A stretch of DNA of 64,000 nt from Octopus vulgaris (GCA_951406725.2 OX597826.1:65472001-65536000); one strand, 5' to 3'. Positions 9,811-22,013 are shown, numbered from the stretch's first letter. Made by a program: numbers and translations. Notes: a model not told the origin generated them from the letters alone.

Positions 9811-12800
9811 ATGGCAAATCTTAGAATCGGTTGCTTGAATGTGAGAGGCCTCGGGTCACCTTGGAAACAGGGTCACCTGTTAAACGACCTGAGGTTTCAT
9901 GATGTGGATATAGCAGCCATCAGTGAAACCAGGCTCTCCGACCCGCAGGAACTCGCAGCCCTTTTCGGCGGATACGAGATATTTCTATCTCCGTGTCGGC
10001 CGGGAGCGGGCGGTGGTGGTACTGCGGTGTTGTTTCGGAAGGGCCTGGACCTGAAAATAAGAACAGTCTTCTTGGATCCGGAAGGTAAGTTGGTGGTCCT
10101 CGACGCGGACGGTAGTGACGGCGGTGCTTTCAGACTGCTGGCTGCCTACGCTCCGACAGGAGCAGGGCAGTCGGATTATTTCAAACGTCTGGAAGTTTTC
10201 CTGGGAACGTCACGCACTCTAGTACTAGTTGGGGATTGGAACGCTGTCTTAGACGAACGTTTCGATCGGGTGGGCAGGGGAGCGTCTGTTAGGAGAGGGG
10301 GTGGGTGCAAGAGCCTCGCCAACCTACTCGGCCGCTTTCAGCTGTCCGACAGGTTTCGACTAGACAACCCGAATGTGCCAATGTGGACTTGGACAAACCG
10401 CATCGGGTCGTCTAGATCGTACTTAGATAGAGTGTTTTGTAGGCCAGCGGATAAGGACAGCGTAGGGTGTCCACAATTCCACCTAGTCGAATATACGGAC
10501 CACAAATTAGTGATCTGTACGGTCGACTTAGATAGGCTACATAGACAGGGACCCGGCTACTGGAAGCTGAACGCGTCGTTAACGGCGTGCAAAGCTTACA
10601 GAGACCGGATTAGTTTACTAGTTAAGCGGGCGCTCACGGGGGCAATCATCAACAACAACTGGTGGTTTGCCCTCAAGAGAGCAATTAGAGTAGAGTCGAT
10701 TAGGGATAGTAAGACTCTAGCTATTGAACGTAGGAGAGAGAGCGGGATTTAGTTAAGAAACTAGACGAGGCTCTTGACACTGGCATCGCGACCGACGTGT
10801 TGGCGGCAAGGTTGGCCCTCGACCAACACTTCGACGCCAAACACGAAGGCTGCGTTGTCAGAGCTAAGGCACGTTCGCTAAGCGGGGAGGGGACTAGAGC
10901 CGCTCGATGGGCCCGCGTGGCGGAGGCGAAGCGAGGCAACAGAGCAACCATTCGGTCTTTGGTGGACCAGAACGGGCGCGAGGTTACCCAACCGAAGCAG
11001 ATGTGTACGGTACTTCAGCGGCACTTTGCTCAACTGTTTGGGACGAGCGGTGGAACGGACACCAACGGTACAGACTTCGGTGTGTACCTGGACGGACTGC
11101 CGCAACTCTCGGACAGCGAGGCAGAGTGCTGCGAAGGACCGATATCTGCCTGGGAAGTACAGGAAGCGATGAAGAGTTGCACGAGAGGTAGATCGCCGGG
11201 TTTGGATGGTCTGCCCTACGAGCTTTACTTTTCAATGCCAGACTTGTTTGCGGACCTGTTGGCAAACGTCTACTGCAACTGGCAGCAAAACGGGAGAATT
11301 CCTGCTTTTGTCTGTCGAGGGGTGGTGGCTTTGCTAAAGAAGGACCCAAACAAGGGGGACGTTATAGGCAATTTCCGGCCCATCACTCTGCTCAATGCAG
11401 AGTTGAAGATTTTGGCCAAGGTGCTAGCCAAGAGATTGGCGCTTGTCGTGGACAAGCTGGTCGGCGGGACGCAGACATGCGCCGTGCCGACCAGGTCGAT
11501 ACACGACAACCTCCATCTCATGCGCTACATCATAGAGAGGGTGGGTAACGACGCTGGCGCGGGTGGGGCTTTGATCAACTTGGATCAGAGTAAAGCCTTC
11601 GATAGGGTCGACCATCGGTACCTGGCAGCTGTCCTCAAGGCAGCCGGCTTCGGTCCAGTCTTCCGCGGGTGGATCGCTGCTTTATACAGCAACATCTGCT
11701 CGGTGATACGGGTGAACGGTCACCTTTCGGAACCGTTCGACATCTCGCGTTCGGTCCGCCAAGGATGCCCTCTCTCCTCCCTCTTGTACATTTTGACTCT
11801 CGAGCCATTACTGCGCAAGTTGGAGGCTTTGAGGGGCATCCCGCGCGATCTAGGAGGCGGAAACAGCGTGTCTGCTTATGCCGACGACGTCACCGTGGTG
11901 GTGTCGAGCCACAGGCACATTGGCCTGATTGGCGAGACGCTAAACCAGTACGAAGCGGTGACAGGGGCAAAGATTAACGCGGAAAAGTCTGTGGGCTTGC
12001 AACTGGGCACCTGGAGAGGCAAGCCCATGCCGTCCAACAGCGTCGTAGGGCGCTGGACAGACGGACCCGTTAAACTGCTCGGGGTCTGGTTCGGTCCGGA
12101 CCTCCAGGTGGATAAGAACTGGGAAGAGGTGACGAGCAGGGTGGCACGTCTCACCCAGAAATGGGCCGAGAGGAAGCTGTCCCTGAAAGGTCGAGCGGAG
12201 GTGGCGAATGCGTACATCGCATCCGTCATCTATTACCGCTTGACCGTCGTCCCTTGTCCCGACCGCTGGTTGGCCAAGCTGGTACACCTGCTCTTCGACT
12301 TTTTGTGGAAGGGTCAGGTGCCACTGGTCAGGCGATCCATCTGCTGTCAACGACCGCTGAACGGAGGCCTTGGAATGCCGTGGTTGCTGTTGCGCAGACA
12401 TGCGCTCAGGCTGCGGCATCTCAAGCGCTTCCTAGACGGTGAACAGGTGTGGTCGTCTTTTGTCAGACGCGATTTTCCGCAGCTCGTCTCTTTGACGGAG
12501 CTGCAGACCTGGATCAAACGTAGACCGAGAAAGGGCGCTTGGCACCTCGAGTGCCGTCAAGCCCTCTCCGCCCTCCACCAGGCGGGCAATGCGGTCGGTT
12601 ACAGCTCCACTCTAGCGTTCTATAGAGGGTTAGTGGAGGAAAAATGCGACGACGTTCTCGGGGAAACTCTAGGCGTTGAAGACGACGAACTGAGCGGTCT
12701 GTTCGGGAGGACTTTCGGGCCGGGGCCGATGGATAATTTCCAGAGGTCTCTCGCCTGGCAGTGCTACCGAGGGGCTCTGCCTGTTCGAGATAAACTCTAC

Positions 12801-13244
12801 CGGCACGGAAGTGCCGTCAGCCGGGCCTGCCCGAGGTGTTGCCAGGACGACGAAACCGTTCTGCACGCACTCGTCCAGTGCCCGAGTATTGCTGAAATAT
12901 GGGTTTATGTCGAACAGCTACTGTCACGTGTAGGACGGATCCGACTATCGGCCGAATCCATAGTGAAGATTGCCCCGCCGACCTCCTTTAACAAGGAGGG
13001 CGAGGCCGTTTTCTTGTGCCTTGTGGCTGTGGCGAAAGAAGTCGTGTGGTGGACTCGTTTGAAAGGGCTAAAGTCAGACACTTTCCTCTTTGGTCAAGGC
13101 CTCATCAACTTTTTCAAGTTTCACTTGAAAAGGAAGATGAGGTTAGAGAGGAAAGTGCTGTCCGATAGCAAGTTTTATGAAAGGTGGGTGAATTGTGCGA
13201 GACTGGCCTGTATAAATGGACCAGTTCTCAGGTTTCGCCTGTGA
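9811..13244 (+). pseudogene. ORF2, copy 2 (single -1 frameshift at ~10735)
   Basis: ORFs 9811-10752 and 10797-13244 together match copy-1 ORF2; AGGAAGAGA reads AGGAGAGA. Confidence 0.9.
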
Positions 13245-13781
13245 TTTCAAAGAAAAAGGTAATGTAAAAGGAGAAGAAAGGGGACTCTCTACACCCCCTT
13301 TTTGACCAGGCTCCCGTTGGCTTTTGTAGGGTTTTTTCCACCGGGAACATTTCGAGACGTCTCCCCCTTTTGGGAGTTTTTCATTGTTGAATTTTATAAG
13401 TTGTTATAAAGATTTTTACTCGATGTTTTAAAAAAACGGACAAAACCCTTTGTAACCTTTCGTCCTGTCTTGTCCCTTCATGTAATCATGCGTGTCAGCC
13501 CTTGTGGCCAATAAAAAAGAATTGATTATTATTATTATTATTATTATTCCTTCCGACGCCGTTAGACGTACGTGAATCAGCTCCGTGAATTTGACACCAA
13601 TTTCATTGGAAATCTATTAATAGGTTTGAATATTTTTTAATATTTCTGTAGCCAAACCGACCGGCTTCTTGCGGAGCTCGTCGGTTGGGCGAAATTTTGC
13701 CCCATTCGGGGTGAAATTGCGTTTGAAAATTTTGAACATTTGACATTTTTCAACATTTTGAATATTACAACAAGAAAAAAC

Positions 13782-15640
13782 ATGGCTATGAAGCGAACAG
13801 TTGGCTGTTCCTTCCTTCAAAATACACTCCCTCCGCAAACACGCACAACTCGTACAAAACACCCACTTCACGCCTTAAAAGGCAACAAAGATTCTCCTTC
13901 CGAACCGCAGAGCACGCGCTCGGTTCAAAAGGAAAATGCAAGTCATGACGTCGCGTTCGACGTAATTCTTGATTTTCCCCCTCTGCCTTCACCCAATGCT
14001 TTGGTAAGGAAGGAGGAGGGAGAAAAAACAAATACAAAAATCATCACAAACATTGACACGGAGATAAAAGAAAAAACTTCCAACAATTTTGCTTCTGCTG
14101 CGAAGCAAATTTCGGAGGAAGTTAAGATAACTCTAGAAGATGTGAAAAGAGCGAAGGAATTGTTAAGGAAGGATGGCAATGGTATCTTCCTCAATACTCC
14201 ACAAGAGGTGATTGAAAGCACCAACAAGCAAACAATAATTTACAAAGTTTTCGACAGAAAACTAAAAAGAATAACAAATGCCACACCCCAACAGTTGGAG
14301 ATAGCTCTAAAGCCCATTTGGGCCCAAAAGAGCTACGTAACCAAGGGGAAGCGTTTTGGAACCGTGGAGGTTCGCTTCCCAACAGAGGAGCTGGCAAGGG
14401 CGAACGCCATTTCGCCCTTGCAAACTGAGAATTTGTTACTAATTCCAACCCACCTCGGGCGAAGAGTTACAAAAATAAAAATCGACCTCGTCCCCCCTGA
14501 ATTAAATATGTCATGGCTGGTGGCAGCTGTCCTCTATGATATAGAGGACACTACCACCATTCTAGATGTCAGGAGAGTGAGGGCGAAAAACTGGTTGGGG
14601 ATGGGAGTGCTGCTTCTTGCGCAAATTCAGCAAGAGAATATAAGTAAAGTCCCTGATTTCGTAAGTTTGCCGGACGGCACTAGGCTAAACGTTGCTGTGG
14701 AGGGGCGAAAGCCAAAATGCTTTCTCTGCAGCAGCGAAAGCCACTTAAAGAGGGACTGTCCCATTCACAAAAAGAGGATGGAGGCTTTCAGCAAGAGGCA
14801 GCAGCAGCAACAACAACAACAACAACAACAACACAAGCAACAACAACAGAAACAACAAAAACAGCAAGAAACACCAAAGGCTGCCACACCACCAACACCA
14901 TCACCAACACCAGCACCAAGACGAGCAACACCACCTCCAACAACAACAACCACCACCAAACCAACACCGACAACCACCACCAAACCAACACCGACACCAG
15001 TACCTCGAAGGTCGACAGCAGCGACATCAACAGTAACAGGAGCAGCGGCACCACCGATACCGGTGGAACCAGAAACTTTTCGTCCTGCTACTGAAGCAGA
15101 CCCTCAACCATTCCTTTGCCGGATGAAGAGATCTCGGATTGTGCGAGCTCTGATTCCAACAAAGGAGAATGGAGTATAGTGCCTCCAAAGAAGAAAAGGA
15201 GGAAGAAACAAAAAGATTTACAGGGGAAGCACGAACAAATAGTGCTTCCCAACATCAACAACAACAACAACAACAACACACACTCACAACAACAAACAAC
15301 AACAACACTTTCGACACCACTACTGCCACTGCCACACACACAAACACACACAGACACAATTACATCAATAAACACAAAGAACCAAAAACTAGTGGAGTAC
15401 TTAAAAAACAAAACTAGTACAAATATAACCGATTTCATCATACCAACACAAAACACACCACCAGCACACATTCTCACAATAAAAATAAATGCAAAATCAT
15501 ATGATGAAATCAAACAAATATTCCCTAACGATGTGGGATCGCTAGGGAAAAGTTTCTCGAAGAAACTTTATAAAAACATTGTGGAAGCACCCGTGCAAAA
15601 GCACAAGGGAGCCACCCCCACCACCAACAACAGTAAGTAG
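13782..15640 (+). CDS. ORF1, copy 3 (one -1 frameshift in a C run at ~15101)
   Basis: ORFs 13740-15179 and 15116-15640; ATG at 13782; CCHC knuckle present. Confidence 0.82.
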
Positions 15641-15678
15641 AGCCTTTTTTTCTCCTTTTTTTCCCCCTACTTTGAGAC

Positions 15679-18600
15679 ATGGCAAATCTTAGAATCGGTT
15701 GCTTGAATGTGAGAGGCCTCGGGTCACCTTGGAAACAGGGTCACCTGTTAAACGACCTGAGGTTTCATGATGTGGATGTAGCAGCCATCAGTGAAACCAG
15801 GCTCTCCGACCCGCAGGAACTCGCAGCCCTTTTCGGCGGATACGAGATATTTCTATCTCCGTGTCGGCCGGGAGCGGGCGGTGGTGGTACTGCGGTGTTG
15901 TTTCGGAAGGGCCTGGACCTGAAAATAAGGACAGTCTTCTTGGATCCGGAAGGTAAGTTGGTGGTCCTCGACGTCGACGGTAGTGACGGCGGTGCTTTCA
16001 GACTGCTGGCTGCCTACGCTCCGACAGGAGCAGGGCAGTCGGATTATTTCAAACGTCTGGAAGTTTTCCTGGGAACGTCACGCACTCTAGTACTAGTTGG
16101 GGATTGGAACGCTGTCTTAGACGAACGTTTCGATCGGGTGGGCAGGGGAGCGTCTGTTAGGAGAGGGGGAGGGTGCAAGAGCCTCGCCAACCTACTCGGC
16201 CGCTTTCAGCTGTCCGACAGGTTTCGACTAGACAACCCGAATGTGCCAATGTGGACTTGGACAAACCGCATCGGGTCGTCTAGATCGTACTTAGATAGAG
16301 TGTTTTGTAGGCCAGCGGATAAGGACAGCGTAGGGTGTCCACAATTCCACCTAGTCGAATATACGGACCACAAATTAGTGATCTGTACGGTCGACTTAGA
16401 TAGGCTACATAGACAGGGACCCGGCTACTGGAAGCTGAACGCGTCGTTAACGGCGTGCAAAGCTTACAGAGACCGGATTAGTTTACTAGTTAAGCGGGCG
16501 CTCACGGGGGCAATCATCAACAACAACTGGTGGTTTGCCCTCAAGAGAGCAATTAGAGTAGAGTCGATTAGGTATAGTAAGACTCTAGCTATTGAACGTA
16601 GGAAGAGAGAGCGGGATTTAGTTAAGAAACTAGACGAGGCTCTTGACACTGGCATCGCGACCGACGTGTTGGCGGCAAGGTTGGCCCTCGACCAACACTT
16701 CGACGCCAAACACGAAGGCTGCGTTGTCAGAGCTAAGGCACGTTCGCTAAACGGGGAGGGGACTAGAGCCGCTCGATGGGCCCGCGTGGCGGAGGCGAAG
16801 CGAGGCAACAAAGCAACCATTCGGTCTTTGGTGGACCAGAACGGGCGCGAGGTTACCCAACCGAAGCAGATGTGTACGGTGCTTCAGCGGCACTTTGCTC
16901 AACTGTTTGGGACGAGCGGTGGAACGGACACCAACGGTACAGACTTCGGTGTGTACCTGGACGGACTGCCGCAACTCTCGGACAGCGAGGCGGAGTGCTG
17001 CGAAGGACCGATATCTGCCTGGGAAGTACAGGAAGCGATGAAGAGTTGCACGAGAGGTAGATCGCCGGGTTTGGATGGTCTGCCCTACGAGCTTTACTTT
17101 TCGATGCCAGACTTGTTTGCGGACCTGTTGGCAAACGTCTACTGCAACTGGCAGCAAAACGGGAGAATTCCTGCTTTTGTCTGTCGAGGGGTGGTGGCTT
17201 TGCTAAAGAAGGACCCAAACAAGGGGGACGTTATAGGGAATTTCCGGCCCATCACTCTGCTCAATGCAGAGTTGAAGATTTTGGCCAAGGTGCTAGCCAA
17301 GAGATTGGCGCTTGTCGTGGACAAGCTGGTCGGCGGGACGCAGACATGCGCCGTGCCGACCAGGTCGATACACGACAACCTCCATCTCATGCGCTACATC
17401 ATAGAGAGGGTGGGTAACGACGCTGGCGCGGGTGGGGCTTTGATCAACTTGGATCAGAGTAAAGCCTTCGATAGGGTCGACCATCAGTACCTGGCAGCTG
17501 TCCTCAAGGCAGCCGGCTTCGGTCCAGTCTTCCGCGGGTGGATCGCTGCTTTATACAGCAACATCTGCTCGGTGATACGGGTGAACGGTCACCTTTCGGA
17601 ACCGTTCGACATCTCGCGTTCGGTCCGCCAAGGATGCCCTCTCTCCTCCCTCTTGTACATTTTGACTCTCGAGCCATTACTGCGCAAGTTGGAGGCTTTG
17701 AGGGGCATCCCGCGCGATCTAGGAGGCGGAAACAGCGTGTCTGCTTATGCCGACGACGTCACCGTGGTGGTGTCGAGCCACAGGCACATTAGCCTGATTG
17801 GCGAGACGCTAAACCAGTACGAAGCGGTGACAGGGGCAAAGATTAACGCGGAAAAGTCTGTGGGCTTGCAACTGGGCACCTGGAGAGGCAAGCCCATGCC
17901 GTCCAACAGCGTCGTAGGGCGCTGGACAGACGGACCCGTTAAACTGCTCGGGGTCTGGTTCGGTCCGGACCTCCAGGTGGATAAGAACTGGGAAGAGGTG
18001 ACGAGCAGAGTGGCACGTCTCACCCAGAAATGGGCCGAGAGGAAGCTGTCCCTGAAAGGTCGAGCGGAGGTGGCGAATGCGTACATCGCATCCGTCATCT
18101 ATTACCGCTTGACCGTCGTCCCTTGTCCCAACCGCTGGTTGGCCAAGCTGGTACGTCTGCTCTTCGACTTTTTGTGGAAGGGTCAGGTGCCACTGGTCAG
18201 GCGATCCATCTGCTGTCAACGACCGCTGAACGGAGGCCTTGGAATGCCGTGGTTGCTGTTGCTCAGGCTGCGGCATCTCAAGCGCTTCCTAGACGGTGAA
18301 CAGGTGTGGTCGTCTTTTGTCAGACGCGATTTTCCGCAGCTCGTCTCTTTGACGGAGCTGCAGACCTGGATCAAACGTAGACCGAGAAAGGGCGCTTGGC
18401 ACCTCGAGTGCCGTCAAGCCCTCTCCGCCCTCCACCAGGCGGGCAATGCGGTCGGTTACAGCTCCACTCTAGCGTTCTATAGAGGGTTAGTGGAGGAAAA
18501 ATGCGACGACGTTCTCGGGGAAACTCTAGGCGTTGAAGACGACGAACTGAGCAGTCTGTTCGGGAGGACTTTCGGGCCGGGGCCGATGGATAATTTCCAG

Positions 18601-19101
18601 AGGTCTCTCGCCTGGCAGTGCTACCGAGGGGCTCTGCCTGTTCGAGATAAACTCTACCGGCACGGAAGTGCCGTCAGCCGGGCCTGCCCGAGGTGTTGCC
18701 AGGACGACGAAACCGTTCTGCACGCACTCGTCCAGTGCCCGAGTATTGCTGAAATATGGGTTTATGTCGAACAGCTACTGTCACGTGTAGGACGGATCCG
18801 ACTATCGGCCGAATCCATAGTGAAGATTGCCCCGCCGACCTCCTTTAACAAGGAGGGCGAGGCCGTTTTCTTGTGCCTAGTGGCTGTGGCGAAAGAGGTC
18901 GTGTGGTGGACTCGTTTAAAAGGGCTAAAGACAGACACTTTCCTCTTTGGTCAAGGCCTCATCAACTTTTTCAAGTTTCACTTGAAAAGGAAGATGAGGT
19001 TAGAGAGGAAAGTGCTGTCCGATAGCAAGTTTTATGAAAGGTGGGTGAATTGTGCGAGACTGGCCTGTATAAATGGACCAGTTCTCAGGTTTCGCCTGTG
19101 A
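15679..19101 (+). CDS. ORF2 (APE-RT-zinc finger), copy 3, open 1140 aa
   Basis: All catalytic motifs retained; 12-bp in-frame deletion (RRHA lost) at ~18262. Confidence 0.95.
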   Translation: MANLRIGCLNVRGLGSPWKQGHLLNDLRFHDVDVAAISETRLSDPQELAALFGGYEIFLSPCRPGAGGGGTAVLFRKGLDLKIRTVFLDPEGKLVVLDVDGSDGGAFRLLAAYAPTGAGQSDYFKRLEVFLGTSRTLVLVGDWNAVLDERFDRVGRGASVRRGGGCKSLANLLGRFQLSDRFRLDNPNVPMWTWTNRIGSSRSYLDRVFCRPADKDSVGCPQFHLVEYTDHKLVICTVDLDRLHRQGPGYWKLNASLTACKAYRDRISLLVKRALTGAIINNNWWFALKRAIRVESIRYSKTLAIERRKRERDLVKKLDEALDTGIATDVLAARLALDQHFDAKHEGCVVRAKARSLNGEGTRAARWARVAEAKRGNKATIRSLVDQNGREVTQPKQMCTVLQRHFAQLFGTSGGTDTNGTDFGVYLDGLPQLSDSEAECCEGPISAWEVQEAMKSCTRGRSPGLDGLPYELYFSMPDLFADLLANVYCNWQQNGRIPAFVCRGVVALLKKDPNKGDVIGNFRPITLLNAELKILAKVLAKRLALVVDKLVGGTQTCAVPTRSIHDNLHLMRYIIERVGNDAGAGGALINLDQSKAFDRVDHQYLAAVLKAAGFGPVFRGWIAALYSNICSVIRVNGHLSEPFDISRSVRQGCPLSSLLYILTLEPLLRKLEALRGIPRDLGGGNSVSAYADDVTVVVSSHRHISLIGETLNQYEAVTGAKINAEKSVGLQLGTWRGKPMPSNSVVGRWTDGPVKLLGVWFGPDLQVDKNWEEVTSRVARLTQKWAERKLSLKGRAEVANAYIASVIYYRLTVVPCPNRWLAKLVRLLFDFLWKGQVPLVRRSICCQRPLNGGLGMPWLLLLRLRHLKRFLDGEQVWSSFVRRDFPQLVSLTELQTWIKRRPRKGAWHLECRQALSALHQAGNAVGYSSTLAFYRGLVEEKCDDVLGETLGVEDDELSSLFGRTFGPGPMDNFQRSLAWQCYRGALPVRDKLYRHGSAVSRACPRCCQDDETVLHALVQCPSIAEIWVYVEQLLSRVGRIRLSAESIVKIAPPTSFNKEGEAVFLCLVAVAKEVVWWTRLKGLKTDTFLFGQGLINFFKFHLKRKMRLERKVLSDSKFYERWVNCARLACINGPVLRFRL

Positions 19102-19403
19102 TTTCAAAGAAAAAGGTAATGTAAAAGGAGAAGAAAGGGGACTCTCTACACCCCCTTTTTTTGACCAGGCTCCCGTTGGCTTTTGTAGGGTTTTTTCCAC
19201 CGGGAACATTTCGAGACGTCTCCCCCTTTTGGGAGTTTTTGATTGTTTTAATAATCATTGTTTTAAAGTTTTTTTTTTACACGGATTTTTTAACAAACGG
19301 ACAAAACCCTTTGTAACCTTTCGTCCTGTCTTGTCCCTTTATGTAATCATGCGTGTCAGCCCTTGTGGCCAATAAAAAAGAATTGATTATTATTATTATT
19401 ATT

Positions 19404-20830
19404 ATAAAATTATGGGTAAAAAAAGAAATAGCAAAAAATATTTGAAAATGGGGATGAGGGTGAAATTTCCGAGGGCTCCACCCCATCCCACCCTGTTTTC
19501 CGGGTTTTGTAGCATATTAGGAGGTCACTGGAATTCAGTCAACGGAAAAAAAATTCCAATGATGCTGGGATAAGGGAGGGGGCCGGTTTCCAACCCACCC
19601 CTTTTTTTTTTTCAGAACAAAAATAAAGGGTTTACTCTTTTACTTGTTTCAGTCATTTGACTGTGGCCATGCTGGAGGACCGCCTTTAGTCAAGCAAATT
19701 GACCCCAGGACTTATTCTTTGTAAGCCTAGTACTTATTCTATCAGTCTCTTTTGCCGAACCGCTAAGTTACGGGAAAGTAAACACACCAGCATTGGTTGT
19801 CAAGCGATGTTGTGAGGGACAAACACACACATACACACACACATAAACACACACACACACACACATATATATATACACGATGGGCATCTTTCAGTTTCCG
19901 TCTACCAAATCCGCTCACAAGGCTTTGGTTGGCCTGAGGATATAGTAGAAGATACTTGCCCAAGGTGCCACGCAGTGGGACTGAACCGGGAACCATGTGG
20001 TTAGTAAGCAAGCTACTTACCACACAGTCACTCCTGCGCGCAGCATATTATGAGGTCAGGGTGCTTGATTCCATGCAAAAAAACAGAGTTTTTTTTAAGA
20101 TCAATAGGGGTGGGGCGTGAAATTTCCGAGGCTTCCACCTCACCCCACCCCGTTTTCCAGACCCCAAAGAGCATATTAGGAGGTCACAAGAATTCATTCA
20201 ACAAAAAAAAAATTCCGGCATGGGTGGTGGGGTGCCCCCTTTTTTTCCGAACCAAAATAAGGAATTTGTAGCATATTAGAAGGTCAAGATACTTGATTCC
20301 ATGCAAAAAATCTGAGGTTTTTTTCTTTTTAGTGAAAATCATGCGGGTAAAAGGATCAAAATTTACCAAATCGACCTTTTTTTTTCAAAATTTTTTCAGG
20401 GATTTCCCTTCTGTATTAACACCTGCACAATTTTATCTAAGAAAAAAAAAGAACTCAGAGTTTTTGCGTGGAATCAAGTACTCTGACCTCCTAATATGCT
20501 TCAAAACTCTTATTGTGTTTCGGAAAGTGGGGGGTGCACCCCTCCCGGAATCATTGAAAATGTTTTTTTCGTTGAATGAATTCCTGTGATCTCCTAATAT
20601 GCTACAAAACCCTTTTGGGGTCTGAAAAGCGGGGTGAGGTGAGGTGGAAGCCTTGGAAATTTCACACCCCACCCCCAGCGATCTTTTCATCCCCACCTTT
20701 TTTCCGAACTAAAATAAGGGGTTTGCAGCATATTAGGCCAGAGTACTTGATTCCACTTTAAAAAATCCAATTTTTTTTTCTTAGTGAAAATCGTGCGAGT
20801 GTCCCCTTCACCTCCCACTTAGAGTTATGG
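19404..20830. repeat. Degenerate complex repeat with direct and inverted subunits
   Basis: Motif GCATATTAGGAGGTCA (with variants) forward at ~19512, 20043, 20170, 20270 and 20727, reversed at ~20484 and 20587; GTGAAATTTCCGAGG module forward at ~19460 and 20118, reversed at ~20650. Confidence 0.6.
19634..20039 (-). mobile_element. tRNA-derived SINE (family A, CORE-like body, internal (TG)n)
   Basis: Minus strand GCGCAGGAGTGACTGTGTGG (A box) ... GGTTCAGTCCC (B box) ... CCTTGGGCAAGT; interrupts the host repeat between GGGTTT and GCAGCATATT. Confidence 0.85.
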
Positions 20831-20921
20831 TTAGAATTTGGCTGTATGCTGCTGAAGTGACACCATATATATGATACATACATGCATACATACATACTTA
20901 TATGTGTATGTATATATGTAT

Positions 20922-20953
<32 letters not shown>

Positions 20954-20962
20954 GATATATAG

Positions 20963-21000
<38 letters not shown>

Positions 21001-21012
<12 letters not shown>

Positions 21013-21900
21013 GCAGTTTGTCTGTCTGTGTGTCTGTCAGGTTGTACCCTCACCCTGACCACGGCTTTCAACCGATTCTGATGAAACTTGACACACACAT
21101 AGCCCAATGTCATAATTCAAAACTAACGCAGTGAAAATTTTGAAAAGTTCCCCCAGTTCTGAAAAAAATCGATAAATTCGACATGGGGTCAAGAATCTAA
21201 GCTTATCATATGCAACACATTTTCCGTTGTAGTTTTCGCAACTTGCAATCGATTTTCACCAAACTGATGGTGAAGCTTAATGTAACCCTAAGGAACTTAA
21301 TTCTGACATTAGTTTTCCATGCAATACCTTACCATCAGAAAAAATAGATAAAATCATGCCATTTTGGGAAATCGCGTTCAAATTCAAGAGGACATATTTT
21401 CGACGATATCTTTAACAAATTAGCAGGAATTTTTTTTGAAATTCACAGCGAGAGCGCCTTCGTTCCCTAGAGGGAAAGGACTAGATTGGGATTAGTCATT
21501 GCCTACTAGAGGCTCCCGAGCCCCCTTTTGCTTGACTTAGGTTAGGATTAGGTAGGGCTTAGCTATGGTCCGAACCCAACTTGGAGTTCGGGGGGGGCAG
21601 TGTCAAAAGGGCCGGCATGTGCAACTTTATCACCTCTGCCTGTCAAACTCCCAACCCATGCGTTCCCGTCGCGACACTGATCCCGCAGAACTGGGTTGGG
21701 TGTGCTAAACAAAACCAGAAAATGCACTTTGACTGTCATAGATTTTCTTCATGCATGCAAGGGAACGGTGCCTTGAATGCCTTAATACCTTTTAGGCTTC
21801 ATTTTACAAAATAACAGTTCAATGAGTACAAAAAAGGGTAAAAAGGTAAAGGGCATTGCTTATCAATAAAGTTTCTTACATACCCGGGCTATGCTGCTAG
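21001..21900 (+). mobile_element. Non-autonomous Helitron in a (TA)n tract
   Basis: 5' TATATAAAAG..(GTCT)n..ACCGATTCTGATGAAA; 3' CCCGGGCTATGCTGCTAG followed by T; the 5' boundary is hidden in the microsatellite. Confidence 0.65.
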
Positions 21901-22013
21901 TATATATATAAATTTATATAAATAAAGATAAGATCGTTATTTAAATACCAATCTTATCAGGTGGCCAGCATGGGAATAAAAACCTTCAAAGGTAATAATT
22001 ATTATTAAAATTT

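Larger units (their letters stand above)
7675..13524 (+). mobile_element. Tx1-clade retrotransposon, full-length copy 2
   Basis: Nearly identical to copy 1 through 5'UTR, ORF1 and ORF2 but with a different 3'UTR variant; bounded by (ATT)8 on both sides. Confidence 0.93.
13549..19385 (+). mobile_element. Tx1-clade retrotransposon, full-length copy 3 (divergent 5'UTR/ORF1 variant)
   Basis: Same termini; ORF2 nearly identical to copies 1 and 2; 5'UTR and ORF1 N-terminal half clearly diverged. Confidence 0.93.

Noticed and set aside
1792-13524. Copies 1 and 2 as an assembly duplication or LTR-like structure
   Set aside because: Their 3'UTRs differ by multiple clustered substitutions and each copy has complete non-LTR termini
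21530-21565. Telomere-like TTAGG/TTAGGG repeats
   Set aside because: Only a few degenerate units inside a Helitron; not a telomeric tract
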